Source: Octopus vulgaris
Taxonomy: Eukaryota
DNA length: 64,000 nt
Assembly (NCBI GenBank): GCA_951406725.2
Contig: OX597818.1
Coordinates: forward strand, 46,004,001-46,068,000
Reading direction: 5' to 3'
In this document: in pieces, positions 12,790-26,101 of the stretch
Layout: each line of letters starts with the position of its first letter
Position numbering within the stretch: the first letter of the stretch is position 1
The notes under the pieces: generated by a model
What the model was told of the DNA's origin: nothing
The model's database searches: none
The model's input: the letters and a program-made list of their open reading frames with translations, nothing else
Position numbers and translations under genes: made by a program

Positions 12790-14946
12790 ACTGTGGTGGC
12801 TTATTATAAGTATGATTATTTACTAAATTTACATGATTTCCAATTGATGGTTGAAAAAAGCTCATTGACTATCTATTACAGATGTTTTTAATGGTATTTC
12901 CAGCTTGAGATTATTTTATGATTTCACATTTTTGTATTAAAGTTATGGATCTTCTCTGTTTTTGGCATGTTGAGAAAGGGGGCATATCAAAACTTTTGGT
13001 GCCTTGTTAACATTTGCTTGCTAGTAACAGAATAACACTTTGAATTGAATCAAAAACACTGGTGCCTAGCAAGGGAAACTAAGGCTACTGACTCTTAGCA
13101 AATATTTTGACCTTTGGCTTGGCTGTCAAGCACATTCATTTGCTTGGACATTGTTTTGGCGGGGCAATACACATTGAGTTAATAATAATTTTTTTTAGTT
13201 ATGAAAATAATTAAAAAAAATTTTTGCCACATCTTGTGAAGATGTAAACTCATAATCAGAAGCTCAGAAAGCAAGAACTAGTTGTATATAAATTGTGAAT
13301 AAGTTCACATACCTTGGTAACTGGTTCAAAGCTAAATTGAAATTGTGGTGAGCGAGTCAGTTGAGTTAAAATTTTCCAGCACCCAAAAAGTACAAACACA
13401 CACATTTTGTAAACTAACATATACAAGGAAAGCACTATAAATACAGAAATATAATTCTATAAACCTATACACATGCACACGCACAACACACACACAGACA
13501 CATACAAGCATACACTCAAACATTGCTACACAATACCTTTAGTTGCTAGTTTTTTCTGAATTGTCTCCCTTGAAATAATGGTTACCTCACGGAGGTCACC
13601 TTGTACCTCCCATCACATCCCAGCTTAGCTGAAACACAGCATAAAGTTTTCTTGCGTGTCATTACTCAACTATGTACATCTTGGCCAGAAACCCTTGAAG
13701 CCCAGTTTCCTTTTTGTCTTTAAGGGAATGGATTGCTTTTTTTTCCTTTTCTTTTGGTTTCTAAAATATTGAGTTTTGCAACTTAAGTCGTTTATCTTTA
13801 GCTTTTGTGTGATGTTCAAGTGTCTTTTGTCGGCTATGCAGGTGCAATCAAATAAATTTTTGAAATATTCTTTCCATCGGCTATGCAGTCACAATCAAAT
13901 AAGTCTTTGAAATGTTTCTTTCTTTATAGGTTTTGTACAATCTTAACTGTTTGTATACAGTACAAAATATTCTATCTTACATTGTATATGAACTATTTTA
14001 TAAAAGTGTATATATATATCACTGCTGAAAATCACCTAAGTATACTCATATTCATTTAAAATTACTGCTGAATGCACTTTTTATTCCACATTTGAATGAT
14101 GCTTCTACTGAGCCTTTTATACAGTCACAATGAGTATTTACATACCCTATATCATAGTTAACGACTGCAAGATATAACATTTTAATTTGGTCATTGGTAC
14201 AGGTTCTCTGAGAAATTGTAATGTCCTTGTGCTTCTGAAACAGCAGGTCCACTTAAAACAGGAGAAAATAACAGTTGATATCTTGATATTGTTTTACATA
14301 TAAAAGTTTGCACTAAATTAGCCAATTGAATCAGAGTTATGTTCCATTTGCATTTTGTTGGTTTTGTTTCTATGGGAACAGGAAGGACGAGATGTGATGT
14401 TCATGTAGTGTAGATGAAAAATATATGAAAGATAAATTTGTGTGGAAACATAAATTTACTAGTCTGCATTTTTATATTAATTTTACTCAAAATTTTGCTT
14501 ATTTCAGCATTAGACTGTGTCCATACTGGGGCACTACCTTGAAGAGTTTTAGTTGAACAGATTGACCCAAGTATTTATTTTTATGCCTTATGAGTGAATT
14601 CAGCAGACAGAAACTGTGTGGAACCCTGTTTTATATCTATATATGTATGTTTGTGTTTGTCCATCCACTTGGTTGCTTTATGTCCCTGTAACTCAATGGT
14701 TTTAGCAAAAGAGACTAATAGAATTATCTGGGACATCAAGCAACCAAAATCAGCTGTCAAGCTGTTGGGCAGACACACACATACATATATAGATGTAAAT
14801 TTGCAAAATTCCACAGTTTCCATCTGCCAACATCACTCACAAGACATTGGCTGGCCCAAGGTTATACTAGAAGGCACCTGCCCAGTGTCTTTTACTATAA
14901 CCCTGGCTGTGCTGTGTAACTGAACCCCAAACTATGTGGTTGCAAA

Positions 14947-15177
14947 GGCGGCGAGCTGGCAGAAACGTTAGCACGCTGAACGAAATGCTTTGCAGTGTTT
15001 CGTCTGCCGCTGTGTTCTGAGTTCAAATTCCGCCGAGGTCGACTTTGCCTTTCATCCTTTCGGGGTCGATAAATTAAGTACCAGTTATGCACTGGGGTCG
15101 AATGTAATCGACTTAATCCCTTTGTCTGTCTTGTTTGTCCCCTCTGTGTTTAGCCCCTTGTGGGTAGTAAAGAAATA
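14947..15177 (+). mobile_element. SINE family B (Nin-domain-like core) inserted into a family A SINE
   Basis: ggcggcgagctggcagaaacgttagc head and gcctttcatcctttcggggtcgataaa core; 14-bp TSD TATGTGGTTGCAAA (14933-14946 / 15178-15191). Confidence 0.9.
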
Positions 15178-15341
15178 TATGTGGTTGCAAAGTGAGCTTC
15201 TTAACCACATAACCACTTGTGCAGTTCCCTACATTTATTGAGTTTGCTGTTTAAAAATTTAACTACTTCAGTTATTTTGTCCCTAAAATATCTTTATATA
15301 GTTTAATATCAATTCACTTTTTATTTTTCTAGGATTTCATA

Positions 15342-15995
15342 ATGAATGGAGAAATAAAAAAACAGCAGTTACGGAAAATGTCTTGTGAACTGAGCCTTTT
15401 GTCACGACCGGACGGTTCAGCCAGTCTTAGTTGTGGTGATACCTCAATGATGGCCTCAGTATATGGCCCAGCGGAAGTGAAAATTGCTAAAGAACAAATC
15501 AACCAAGCTACAGTCGAAATTGTATATAAACCTAAATCAGGTATGGCTAATTGTGCAGAAAAATTAAAGGAGAATTTAATATGCAGCACCTGTGAGACAG
15601 CAATCTTGGCCTGTTTACATCCACGTTCTTCTATTAGTATAACTATTCAAGAACTTCAGAATTCAGGGTCCCTATTAGCTTGTGCAATAAATGTTGTTTG
15701 TCTCTCATTATTAGATGCAAGTGTTAATATGAACTTCATGATGGCAGCTGTATCTTGTGTCTTCACAGAGAATGACCAACTTATTTTGGACCCAACATTA
15801 AAAGAAGAAAGCTCTGCACCAATATCAATGATGTTTGTATTTGACAGTGTCTCTAAAAGCATTCTTGCTATACATACGTCTGGATTATTTGATAAAACAA
15901 AATTCAACTCAGCTTTGGTGGCCTGCAGAGCAGCTTCAGATGAGATCTTCACTTTTTACAGGGAAATTATGCAAAAAAATTTTTCTAAATCATAG
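15342..15995 (+). CDS. EXOSC5: Exosome complex component Rrp46 (RNase PH family), single coding exon, 217 aa
   Basis: LR.MSCELSLLSRPDGSA...GDTS..ASVYGPAEVK...HPRSSISITIQEL...GSLLACAIN..CL.LLDA...LILDPT..EE motifs; acceptor TTTTTCTAG|G at 15332; AATAAA at 16033. Confidence 0.93.
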   Translation: MNGEIKKQQLRKMSCELSLLSRPDGSASLSCGDTSMMASVYGPAEVKIAKEQINQATVEIVYKPKSGMANCAEKLKENLICSTCETAILACLHPRSSISITIQELQNSGSLLACAINVVCLSLLDASVNMNFMMAAVSCVFTENDQLILDPTLKEESSAPISMMFVFDSVSKSILAIHTSGLFDKTKFNSALVACRAASDEIFTFYREIMQKNFSKS

Positions 15996-16032
15996 CAATT
16001 ATTTTCTGTTTTAGCTTCAATTCATTTGTAAA

Positions 16033-16038
16033 AATAAA
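16033..16038 (+). terminator. Polyadenylation signal of EXOSC5
   Basis: AATAAA about 40 nt after the stop codon, followed by a T-rich tract. Confidence 0.55.
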
Positions 16039-16218
16039 TTTTTTTATTTTATTACATTTATATTTTTGGCTTATTGTTAATTCTCAGATAATAGTTTTTG
16101 TATATTTATTCTTCAAATTATTTCAAAACACTGGATTCTTAAGCTTGTGATTGAGTATTATCCAATATTTGCTAGCTAGTATTATTTGTTTCTTAAAAAT
16201 TTAAGTTTTGTTATACAT

Positions 16219-17484
16219 ATCAGGTCATCCCATAAGTTATGTCCGAATTTTGAATAAAGAAAACAAGTGATCAAATGTTATATTTAATTGAAATTTAATC
16301 ATCAATGTACTTTTCCTGATTATCTATGACTTCCTTCGATCTATTTACAAGCTTTTTAATCCCATCAATGTAAAACTCTTTTGGTTTCAAAGCGAAGAAC
16401 TCTGAAATGTCAGTTTCGAGCTCCTCCTGGCTTGCGAAAATTATGTCCTCCAAATAATTTTGTAAACTACAAAACAAATGGTAGTCTAGAGGAGCAAGAT
16501 CGGGAGAATAAGGTAGATGAGGAATTTTTTCCCAACCAAGCTCTTCGATCTTCTGTAATGTGATCTTTGCAGTGTGGGGTCGAGCATTGTCCTGATGAAA
16601 CATTACTCCTTTTCGATTCACTAAAACGGATCTTTTTTTTTCAAAGCTTGGTTCAAAAGGCTCTGTTAGCTGACAGTAGACTTGAGCATTGATTGTTGCA
16701 TTAGGTGGTAACAATTCAAAGTGAACTACTCCTAGAGAAGAACCTTTTTTCCATAAAGTTCCATTCTCGGTTGTGGTTGAGCTTTTTCTCTTTTACCAAG
16801 CCAGTGTTTACAACGTTTAACATTTCGGTAGAAGATCCATTTTCCTTCACCAGTCACAAATCTATCCAAAAAGGGTGATATGAGTTCGCGAGAATGGAGA
16901 GAAGAGCAGATGTCAACTGAGGGTTTGCGGTTGCTTTTGGACAATTCATGAGGCACCCATTTTCCAAGTTTAGGAACCTTTCCAAGTTGTTGAAGATGAC
17001 GATGAACAGATGTAAGGTTCGAACTAAGCTTTATTGCAAATTCTTCAACTGCAGGATTTTCTTCAAGTAATGCCTCAAAGAGCTTATCATTAAACTCAAC
17101 TGGACGTCCTGTTCGATCTTCATCTTCAAGGCTGAAATCTCCACTTCTGAATTTTGCAAACCATCTTCTGCAAGTTCTTTCATTCAAGCATTCTTTCCCA
17201 TAAACTGAGTGTATGTTTCGAGTCACTTCGGCTGCAGAGTTTCCTTTTTTGTACTCATAAAGCATTATGTGCCTTAAATGCTCTTTGGATACTTCCATGT
17301 TAGAAAGGGTTTTAATCAAAGAAATTTTAATTCTATTATTCCGTAAAAAAATATTTAATTAGTTTAAATGTACACAAATACATTAATATAATTTTTAGTT
17401 CCATTAGACATTCTAAAATACTATTAAATTTCATTCAATTTTAAAAAGGGTAAAATCGGACAGAACTTATGGGATGAGCTCAAT
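16219..17484 (-). mobile_element. Near full-length mariner (DD34D-type) transposon with a frameshifted transposase
   Basis: TIRs ATCAGGTCATCCCATAAGTTATGTCCGA.. (16219) and reverse complement ATTGAGCTCATCCCATAAGTTCTGTCCGA.. (17484); ORFs 17319-16732 (HTH, WVPHEL, VTGEGKW with the first catalytic D replaced) and 16714-16295 (FHQDNARPH, YSPDLAPLDYHLF); frameshift near 16730. Confidence 0.95.
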
Positions 17485-18253
17485 CGCTATGCTGCTTTGG
17501 GAATCATTTATAGAATTGATTTGTGTGTAGATGATCAGAAAATGGCAAATGAAAAATTTGCAATGCATATATCTATGCATGTTGTTTATCAAATGTGACT
17601 CATTGAGTATCAGTAGAGTAAAATATCTTTTGGTAAGTAAATTAACATCCTGATGCTGCAGCGTATATTCTATAGTTACTACATTTCATACATTTGAAAC
17701 AGTCCAATGCATGGAAATACATAACATATGATGGATGATGTGACAGAAGTAATGTAGCCCAGAATAAACAATATAAGAAATAATACATTATACATTGGTT
17801 TAATCACTCATTGAGCAGAATAGAACAGTAGACGTGTACTAGGCCCAACCCTAAAGATCTGTTGATCAAAACTGTGCTATATAAAGAAATTGATATTTGA
17901 TATTTATACATTACAACTGGGTTGTATACAAATATACTAACCATATACATGTACATATACCTAAAGGAGTAGATTCAAATCATATCATGAAATAGAAATT
18001 TATACAGGATCAAGATCTTAGTTTTGGTACACCAAAACCCAAGTAGCATAGTGAGCAGAAACAACAGTTGGTCGCTTCACTTTGTGTATAGGATTATTAG
18101 TGCATTGGTATTGAACCATGATTAAAATAACCAATGTGCAGTTTACTGCCTTTTGCATTGTGGTGGTGCTTATTCCAGTTTCCAATGCAGTAAGCAATTG
18201 GGAGATATCTTAGTAATCTTAGTTTTTTGAAGGTTCTGTCTATGGCTGGTGTT

Positions 18254-18870
18254 CATCATCATCATTGTTTAACGTCCGCTTTCCATGCTAGCATGGGTTG
18301 GACGATTTGACTGAGGGCTGGCGAACCAGATGGCTGCACCAGGCTCCAATCTTGATCTGGCAGAGTTTCTATAGCTGGATGCCCTTCCTAACGCCAACCA
18401 CTCCGAGAGTGTAGTGGGTGCTTTTATGTGCCACCGGCATGAAGGCCAGTCAGGTGGTACTGGCAACGACCTCACTTGAATGTTTTTACATGTGCCAGTT
18501 AGGTGACACTGGTAATGATCACGCTCAAATGGTGCCACTGGCATGGAAGCCAGTTAACCGCTCTGGCAACAACCATGCTCGGATGGTGCTCTTAACACCC
18601 TACTAGCGTGGGGCACAAGTGCCAGTAAGGCGATGCTGGTAACGATCACACTCGAATGGTGCCTTTTATGTGCCACTGGCATGGAAGCCGGTTAGCCGCT
18701 CTGTCAACAATCACACTCGTATGGTGCATTTTGCACCCCACTAGCACAGATGCCAGTCATTAAATTTGATTTCGATTTCACTTGCCTCAATAGGTCTTCG
18801 CAAGTAGAGTTTAGTGTCCAAAGAAGGAAAAGTTATGCATAAGTGGGCTGGTTACACCCCTGACATAGGC
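18254..18870 (-). mobile_element. SINE family C copy with an internal tandem array of about 40-50-bp units
   Basis: (CAT)n tail at 18254, V-like core, then repeated tgccactggcatggaagcc..ggcaac-a-cac-ctcg-atggtgc units. Confidence 0.75.
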
Positions 18871-21604
18871 CATGAGGTTATGGTCTCGTTTGGCTTGCCG
18901 GGTCTTCTCAAGCACAGCATATTTCCAAAAGTCATGTCAATCATGTTTCTTTTGTTAGAGCAGTTAGAATGCCTTGTAGTATTCCTTCCGTATTTCTGTA
19001 CTTTGAGTTCTAATTCTGGTTGAGTCATTTCTGCCTGTCTTCTTTTCAGAATTGATAAAAGCACCATCCGTTCGTGGCTGTTTGCCAGCTCTGTCTGGCA
19101 CCTGTGCGGGTGGCACGTAAAAAGCACCCACTACACTCACGGAGTGGTTGGCGTTAGGAAGGGCATCCAGCCATAGAAACACTGCCAGATCTGACTGGGC
19201 CTTCCAGCTTCACAGATCCCAGTTGAGCCGTCCAACCCATGCTAGCATGGAAAGCGGACGCTAAATGATGATGATGATGATATATATATATATATATAGT
19301 ACCTGTCCAGATCAGTGAGTGATTGTGATTATTAGAGTATCTAATGAGACAGCTTGCTATATCTGTTTCATTCTTTATATTATTCCCAACCACTAGAGCA
19401 CCCTGTCCAAATCAAAGTTAGCCAAATCAAGAAGGCCTCTAAAACCAGGATAAAGTAAGACAGCAAGTTAAAATTTTGTCCAATAGTGGATTGGCAACAG
19501 CTAAGTGGATAGGATATCTCTTGTAGTTAATATCACCTGTCCATGGTACCAGTTAACAGATGTGTATGGTGAACCATTGGGGACTAAGTGACTAAAATCA
19601 GTAAAAAGGTAAAACAAATCTATTGCAAGGATTTGTTAAATCTCCTAATATAATAATGAGCATAGTGTTTTTATATATTTGTATATATAAATGTCCAGAA
19701 TCACACTGGATGTGGAGGAGGAGAGAAAATAGTAATTCAGTGAAGGACAAGTAGTGAGAGTAATAGCTCTGAGTGAGAGAAAGGAAAGGGTAATAGATGA
19801 ATAAGGAAGAAGGGTGAAAAACAAAGTCAGTGTTTCAATTCTGTGAGTGTATGTGTGATGATTATGTACCTTATTTATATATAAAATACTACAATTAGCT
19901 GTCAATATTGATGGCACATAATCAGCTAGTATAGTAATAATCTCTTGATTAAATGGCTGAATTTATGAGGTTATTTAAAAATATATAAAGAATAGAATGT
20001 ATTGTTTAGGGCAAGTTGGGCTGGGAAAGGTCATTTGGTTAAGAAGTTCACTTCAATATCACTTGGTACCAGGTTTAATTTAAACACCTGGAACTTTTAG
20101 CAAATCTCTTCTGCAATATCCTCAGATCAATCGAGACTTTATGAGTGAAATATTGTAGATCGAAACTTCAGATGGAATGTTATTTATTCTTGGGTGGTAG
20201 GCTTAATGCCACATGGAGGCACTTGGCCAAGCAGTTAAGGTGTTGCACTTATGATAGTGGTTTCAATTCCTGGACTGAGCAGTGCATTGTGTTCTTGAGC
20301 AAAACATTTCATTTCACATTGCTCCAGTCCACTCAGTTGTAAATGAGTTCCAGCAATAGCTGGAAGTTAACCTTGCAACAGACCAGCATCCCATACAGCG
20401 GGTGGATGTTGAAATATCAGTCATTTATATGCCTTGGAAATTGGGTAAAGCTCTGTCATGAGTCCTAGGGCCCATAACAGAACAAAGACTTAATCCATCA
20501 CTATTAGGCTATTGGATGACTTTAGCCCATTCTGCTAGATGCATATGGACCAGATCTCCACTCTGACGAAAGCTCCATATCTTAAAACCCTATTTCATAA
20601 TGCAGTGCCCCATCAGTTGTGTTTTCTTCTCTTTTCCCACACCAATCTTGAAGTCACTACAAAATGTCGTGCCTGCTGCCTTTGCTTCTCCAACTAAGCC
20701 CTAAAGAAATTATAAATATGTTTTACATTAATGTGACATTTAGAATTACCAACAAATTAAATGCAAACTGAAATTTTCAGCACAACCAGGAGTCATCAAC
20801 TTTTATAGAAATATTGTGCCAGTTATTCATCCAAACCTTAGAAGAATTGTGAACAAGTAAAGCACTTCCATTATTTTTTTAATTCTGTGAAGCTTACTGT
20901 CATGAGAAATATTGCTACTTAAAATATTTCTCGAAGATGTATTCCACATATCTTTTATTTGTTTCATTCATTGGACTGCAGTCTTAAAGAATTCAGTTGA
21001 CCAAATCAGCCCAGGTACTTATTTTTTAAGCCTGGTCCTTATTCTATCAGTTCTTTTGCCAAACCGCTAACTTACAAGGATGTAAATAAACCAACATTGA
21101 TTGTCAAGTGGTGGTGGGAGGATAAGCACAAACACACACACATATATATACATGATCTTTCACAGCTTCTGCCAAACAAATACACTTGCCCATGATGTCA
21201 TGCAATGAGATTGAACCCTTAACTGAGCAGCCATACCTGCACCTTATGTTAACAGTTTGAAATTTTGTTTTCTTTTTTTACTTCATTTTATATGTGAGGC
21301 AAGGACTGTATTGCATGAGATGAGCTTTCACTGTAAGTCAAATTTTGCTTCTTAGTTGAAGAATGGCCTTGAGATAGGTATGAAGGTCATGTCTTGATTT
21401 GAACTGGGCTATTGCTCTCAAATTTTGGTACAAAGTAAATGATGCCTACATATAGCAGGCATAGGAGTGACTGTGTGGTAAGTAGCTTGCTTACGAACCA
21501 CGTAGTGCATGGCACCTTGGGTAAGTGTCTTCTACTATAGTCTTGGGCCGACCAAAGCCTTGTGAATGGATTTGGTAGATGGAAACTGAAAGAAGCCCAT
21601 CGTA

Positions 21605-21643
<39 letters not shown>

Positions 21644-21730
21644 ATAATAAAATAGGGTAATAATAAATTATTATTACCAGTAACCTAGCACAAAAAACGA
21701 ATTAGTCATTAGACTATATATTATTCATAT

Positions 21731-21979
21731 AGAAATACAATAAGAGGTTTCCAGATAGGAAAGCGTTTTGCTACAAAGAGCAGTAGAAATCTCAAGACCA
21801 CAAAAAAGGATAAATTCACGAAAGGAATGAAAATTAAAAACGTTTACCATCTCAACTATTTCCCAGATGGTAAACGTTTTTAATTTTCATTCCTTTCGTG
21901 AATTTATCCTTTTTTGTGGTCTTGAGATTTCTACTGCTCTTTGTAGTGCAACGCTTTCCTATCTGGAAGCCTCTTATTG

Positions 21980-21986
<7 letters not shown>
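21731..21986. repeat. 122-bp inverted repeat with a 12-nt spacer
   Basis: Arms 21731-21852 and 21865-21986 with 4 mismatches by eye; lies in the microsatellite region of a family A SINE (head 21456-21605, tail 22132-22312). Confidence 0.95.
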
Positions 21987-22064
<78 letters not shown>

Positions 22065-23209
22065 GATGATGAGATATATATATATATATATATATGCATG
22101 TGTGTGTATATGCTTGTATGTCTGTGTTTGTCCCCCCAACATCGCTTGACAACCGATGCTGGTGTGTTTACGTCCCCGTAACTTAGCGGTTCGGCAAAAG
22201 AGACCGATAGAATAAGTACTAGGCTTACAAAGAATAAGTCCTGGGGTCGATTTGCTCGGCTAAAAGGCGGTGCTCCAGCATGGCCGCAGTCAAATGACTG
22301 AAACAAGAAAAAGAGTAATAGCACTGTTTCAAAGTAAATCACTTATCAACATCATCATCATCAATTGAAAAATGAGCTACGTTGTTTTTTTAAGATTATA
22401 AGTCCAGATCATTGATCTCATCTTTATGAAAATGTGAAAATTGGAAGGACTTTTAAATCAGAATAGAATAGCACCAGGTAATTATAATGAAAGAGGAAGC
22501 CGGTGGCACGTTAAAAGCTCCATTCGAGCGTGATCGTTACCAGCGTCGCCTTACTGGCACTTGTGCTGGTGGATCGTGAAAATAAACATTCGAGTAAGGT
22601 CGTTGCCAGTGCCACTGGACTGGCTCCTCTGCAGGTGGCACGTAAAAAGCACCATTTGAGTGTGGCCGTTGCCAGTACCGCCTGACTGGCCCTCGTGCGG
22701 TGGCACGTAAAAGCACCCACTACACTCTTGGAGTGGTTGGCGTTAGGAAGGGCATCCAGCTGCCAGATCAAGATTGGAGCCTGGTGCAAGGATTTTTTTT
22801 TTTTTTCATAAACTAGGGGATGGCTACTGATATTAAGCTTAAGGATTATATAATGTACAAGTACAAAGAAAGAATTAAAGAAAAAAGGACTCACCATATT
22901 GAATGTTATCGATAATATCGAGTGGAAATAAGGGGTACTGTGCAGTTCCGCTGTGCCTATATACGAGCCGCCACTGTTCTATTAACTTTCTTGTAAACGA
23001 AATTACAGAGTGGCTTAGTGGTTTGGATTATTTGGTTCATGATTGTAAAGTTGTGAGTTTGATTCCCGCTGGTGTGTTATGTTCTTGAGCAATACACTTT
23101 ATTTCATGTTGCTCCATTCCACTCAACTGTCAAGAATGCGTTGTACCTGTATTTCAAAGGGCCGTCCTTGTCACATTCTGTGTTACGCTGAATCTCCCTG
23201 ATAACTATA

Positions 23210-23397
23210 CTCTTTATGACTTGTTTCAGTCATTTGACTGTGGCCATGCTGGAGCACCGCCTTTAGTTGAGCAAATCGACCCCAGGACTTATTCTTTGTA
23301 AGCCTAGTACTTATTCTATCGGTCTCTTTTGCCGAACCACTAAGTTACAGGGACGTAAACACACGGTTGTCAAGCGATGTTGGGGAGACAAATACAG

Positions 23398-23436
<39 letters not shown>

Positions 23437-23605
23437 TATACAACAGGATTCTTTCAGTTTCCGTCTACCAAATCTACTCACAAGGCTTTTGTTGGCCCGA
23501 GGCTATAGAAGAAGACACCTGCCCAAGGCGCCACGCAGTAGGACTGAACCCGGAACCATGTGGTTGGTAAGCAAGCTACTTACCTCACAGCCACTCCTGC
23601 GCCTA
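23210..23605 (-). mobile_element. SINE family A, full-length copy
   Basis: Co-linear with the copies at 35708-36088 and 53120-53542. Confidence 0.9.
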
Positions 23606-24151
23606 TGTTAAGAAATATATATTAACGACAGAGCCAGTATTAATACCGAAACGCAGTTGTTCTTTTAGAACGAACTATATTGCAGTTGCATATTGGCTTT
23701 TTGGTGCAAAATGCACTCTTGTTTATATCACCAGCGGGGAGAAATGTACGCATGTCTTTGGAGTGCTTGGCTTCTTGTACATTAATTTCACGAGCAGACT
23801 GTTCCGTTGATCCGATCAACTGGCCTCCTCGTCGTCGTAATCGACGGAGTGCCAGTTTAAATAAAATTGCAAAAGAAAATAAAAAATAAGATGATGCATA
23901 TGAATACTGAAAATGACACAATATTTTTGTCTAAAATATAAAAGAAGACTATGACAGTTCTGTGGTATTTATAATCCATACATAAATATCAACCAGACTA
24001 TTACAGTTACATCATGTTGTTAGGCCATCCTATTATGAGTCCCCAGTGAAGGTTTTGGCTTCATCTTGTGTGTTATAAATGAGTCATTCTGGCAGGATCC
24101 ATATCTCTCCGATATATTAATTATGTCGGAAAATCATAGCTATAAGAATGT

Positions 24152-24930
24152 CATGAAATGTCACTAGAATGGAATATTCCAACACCACAAAATACTGAGA
24201 TAAATGTTATTGTGTTTAAGATGAAAAGGGATTATACTGTAGTCATAAAGAGTATCCTCATTCGTTTTATGTTTATTGTCCCCACTGTGGTGTTGTGTCT
24301 GTCCTTGTTTGTCCCCCTCTATATTGGGCCCCCGTGGCTAATAAAGAAACAGTGAACTATATCACTAGTATGGAACACGTAAATGCCCGGGGTCGGAGGT
24401 TTTTAGACTTTTAATCTCTTTTCAGAATACCATCTCTGTAAGTCCTTTGAATTTTTTTTAGGGATAACACAAACTTAGGCGTGGCTGTGTGTTTAGAAGT
24501 TTGCTTCCTAACCACATGGTTTCGAGTTCAGTTCCATTGTGTGGTATCTTGAGAAAGGGTCTTCTACTATAGTCCCGAGGCCAACCAAAGCCTTGTGAGT
24601 GGATTTGGCAGACGAAAATTAAAAGAAACCCGTCGTGTGTGTGTGTATACAAATGTATATGTACGCACACACATAAATACTCATACATACACGTGTGTGT
24701 GTGTGTTGTCTCTTTGCCTTGGCTTCCCGCGATAGTTGTAAACGAGTATCACTGTCTCGCAAGCTGTGTTCTTTGTTTGCAATCTCTTGTGAAAAACATA
24801 TTTTGTCATGAGGGAACATTACCTTCTTTGAAACAGGAGAGGGTTGGCGAAAGGAATGACATCCCGCCCTAGAAAGTCAGTCTCAATAAAATTCCGCTTG
24901 CCTCGTGCAAGCATGAAAAGCGAACGTTAA

Positions 24931-24963
<33 letters not shown>

Positions 24964-25245
24964 GATGATGATGATGATGAACGCAAGAAAAGACTTATTG
25001 ACACTCTTCTCAAAACTTGTGGAAACGAATTGTATTCTGATCAAGGGAGAAAATTAAATGAATGAAATAAACTGAAAACAGGACTTGCTGAAAATATTAT
25101 TGATTTAAAAAGGTAATGTAAATAATCTCAACAGTGAATAATAGTTCCAGTTACTGAATTTGGTGACTCCGTAAATTGCCCTTTTCAGCTCGTTGGGGGC
25201 CGTATTTTGTGGTGTTGGAATATTCCATTCTAGTGACATCTCATG
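24152..25245. mobile_element. Probable non-autonomous DNA transposon with 44-bp TIRs and a nested SINE
   Basis: CATGA(A/G)ATGTCACTAGAATGGAATATTCCAACACCACAAAATAC at 24152-24195 and inverted at 25202-25245 (1 mismatch); no clear TSD. Confidence 0.6.
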
Positions 25246-25508
25246 TAAATTGCTGAAATTTGAATACACTGAAATTTTATAATTGATAATGAAGCAGTTG
25301 ATGCAACAACTCTACAGGCCAACTTGAATAATTAATTGAATTAAATGTCGCTGGAAGAAAAGGGTCTGGTAAATTACTTCTTGTGCACAGACTCATTTCC
25401 ATAGCTTCAGTGCAAGTTCTGTGAACAAAAGTTCATCTCAAGCATGAGAAGATACTACCACTAATAATGGTTTCAAGTTTTGGCACAAGTCCAGCAATTT
25501 GATAGGAG

Positions 25509-26101
25509 TGTAACGAACTTCGTTTGAATATCCTCGTGCACTTTTGGGGTGCACAAAGGCAATCACTAGCCGTTGCTTTAATAATCCAGATTCTCTACCA
25601 GTCAGAAACAACAAGACGCAGACGTAAAAGATATATATACTACTTTATTCTCTAATGTGGTAACAGTAACAATAAGTGGTTATCTGATGTCCTTGGTTCT
25701 GGGCGCGCAAGGCTGAAAGTTAATCGATTGTAATATTTACAATGTTCAGCCGCTAAAAACAGAACGGGTTAAAGATGGAGACGATGTTGGTCTGCAACAA
25801 TTTGGTTAAAGGCCTTTTGGTAAGGTGCTGCTAGAATCAAGTCCAGACGGAGAGAAAATATGCGTGACCGTCGCCTTCAGTCGCTGCTGTCTCAAGTCGT
25901 TGGCTGCTGCTGCTAGCGGTCAAACGTTCTACGACCCCCTTGCCTTAGCTAACTACCACGTAGACAAAAGGGTCGTGCTTCCGGTGGTTCGCGCATGCGC
26001 GAGAGGGCCCTTCCTTTCTGTGCCTTGGTGAAGGCACCAACACTCGCACGCGCGAAATAGAAATGGACGGTGCGCGCGCGCACCGTTATAGGATCACTAC
26101 A
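25509..26101 (-). repeat. 3' LTR (593 bp)
   Basis: Direct repeat of 27649-28264; AATAAA on the minus strand near 25645; preceded by the PPT. Confidence 0.95.

Noticed and set aside
7590-14250. Scattered minus-strand splice-like sites (about 14250-14146, 13312, 7712) suggesting a nested antisense gene
   Set aside because: No coherent reading frame or recognisable protein; such sites are expected by chance in AT-rich DNA.
18410-18760. Repeat-spacer pattern resembling a CRISPR array
   Set aside because: Degenerate tandem units within a eukaryotic SINE, with no unique spacers or cas genes.
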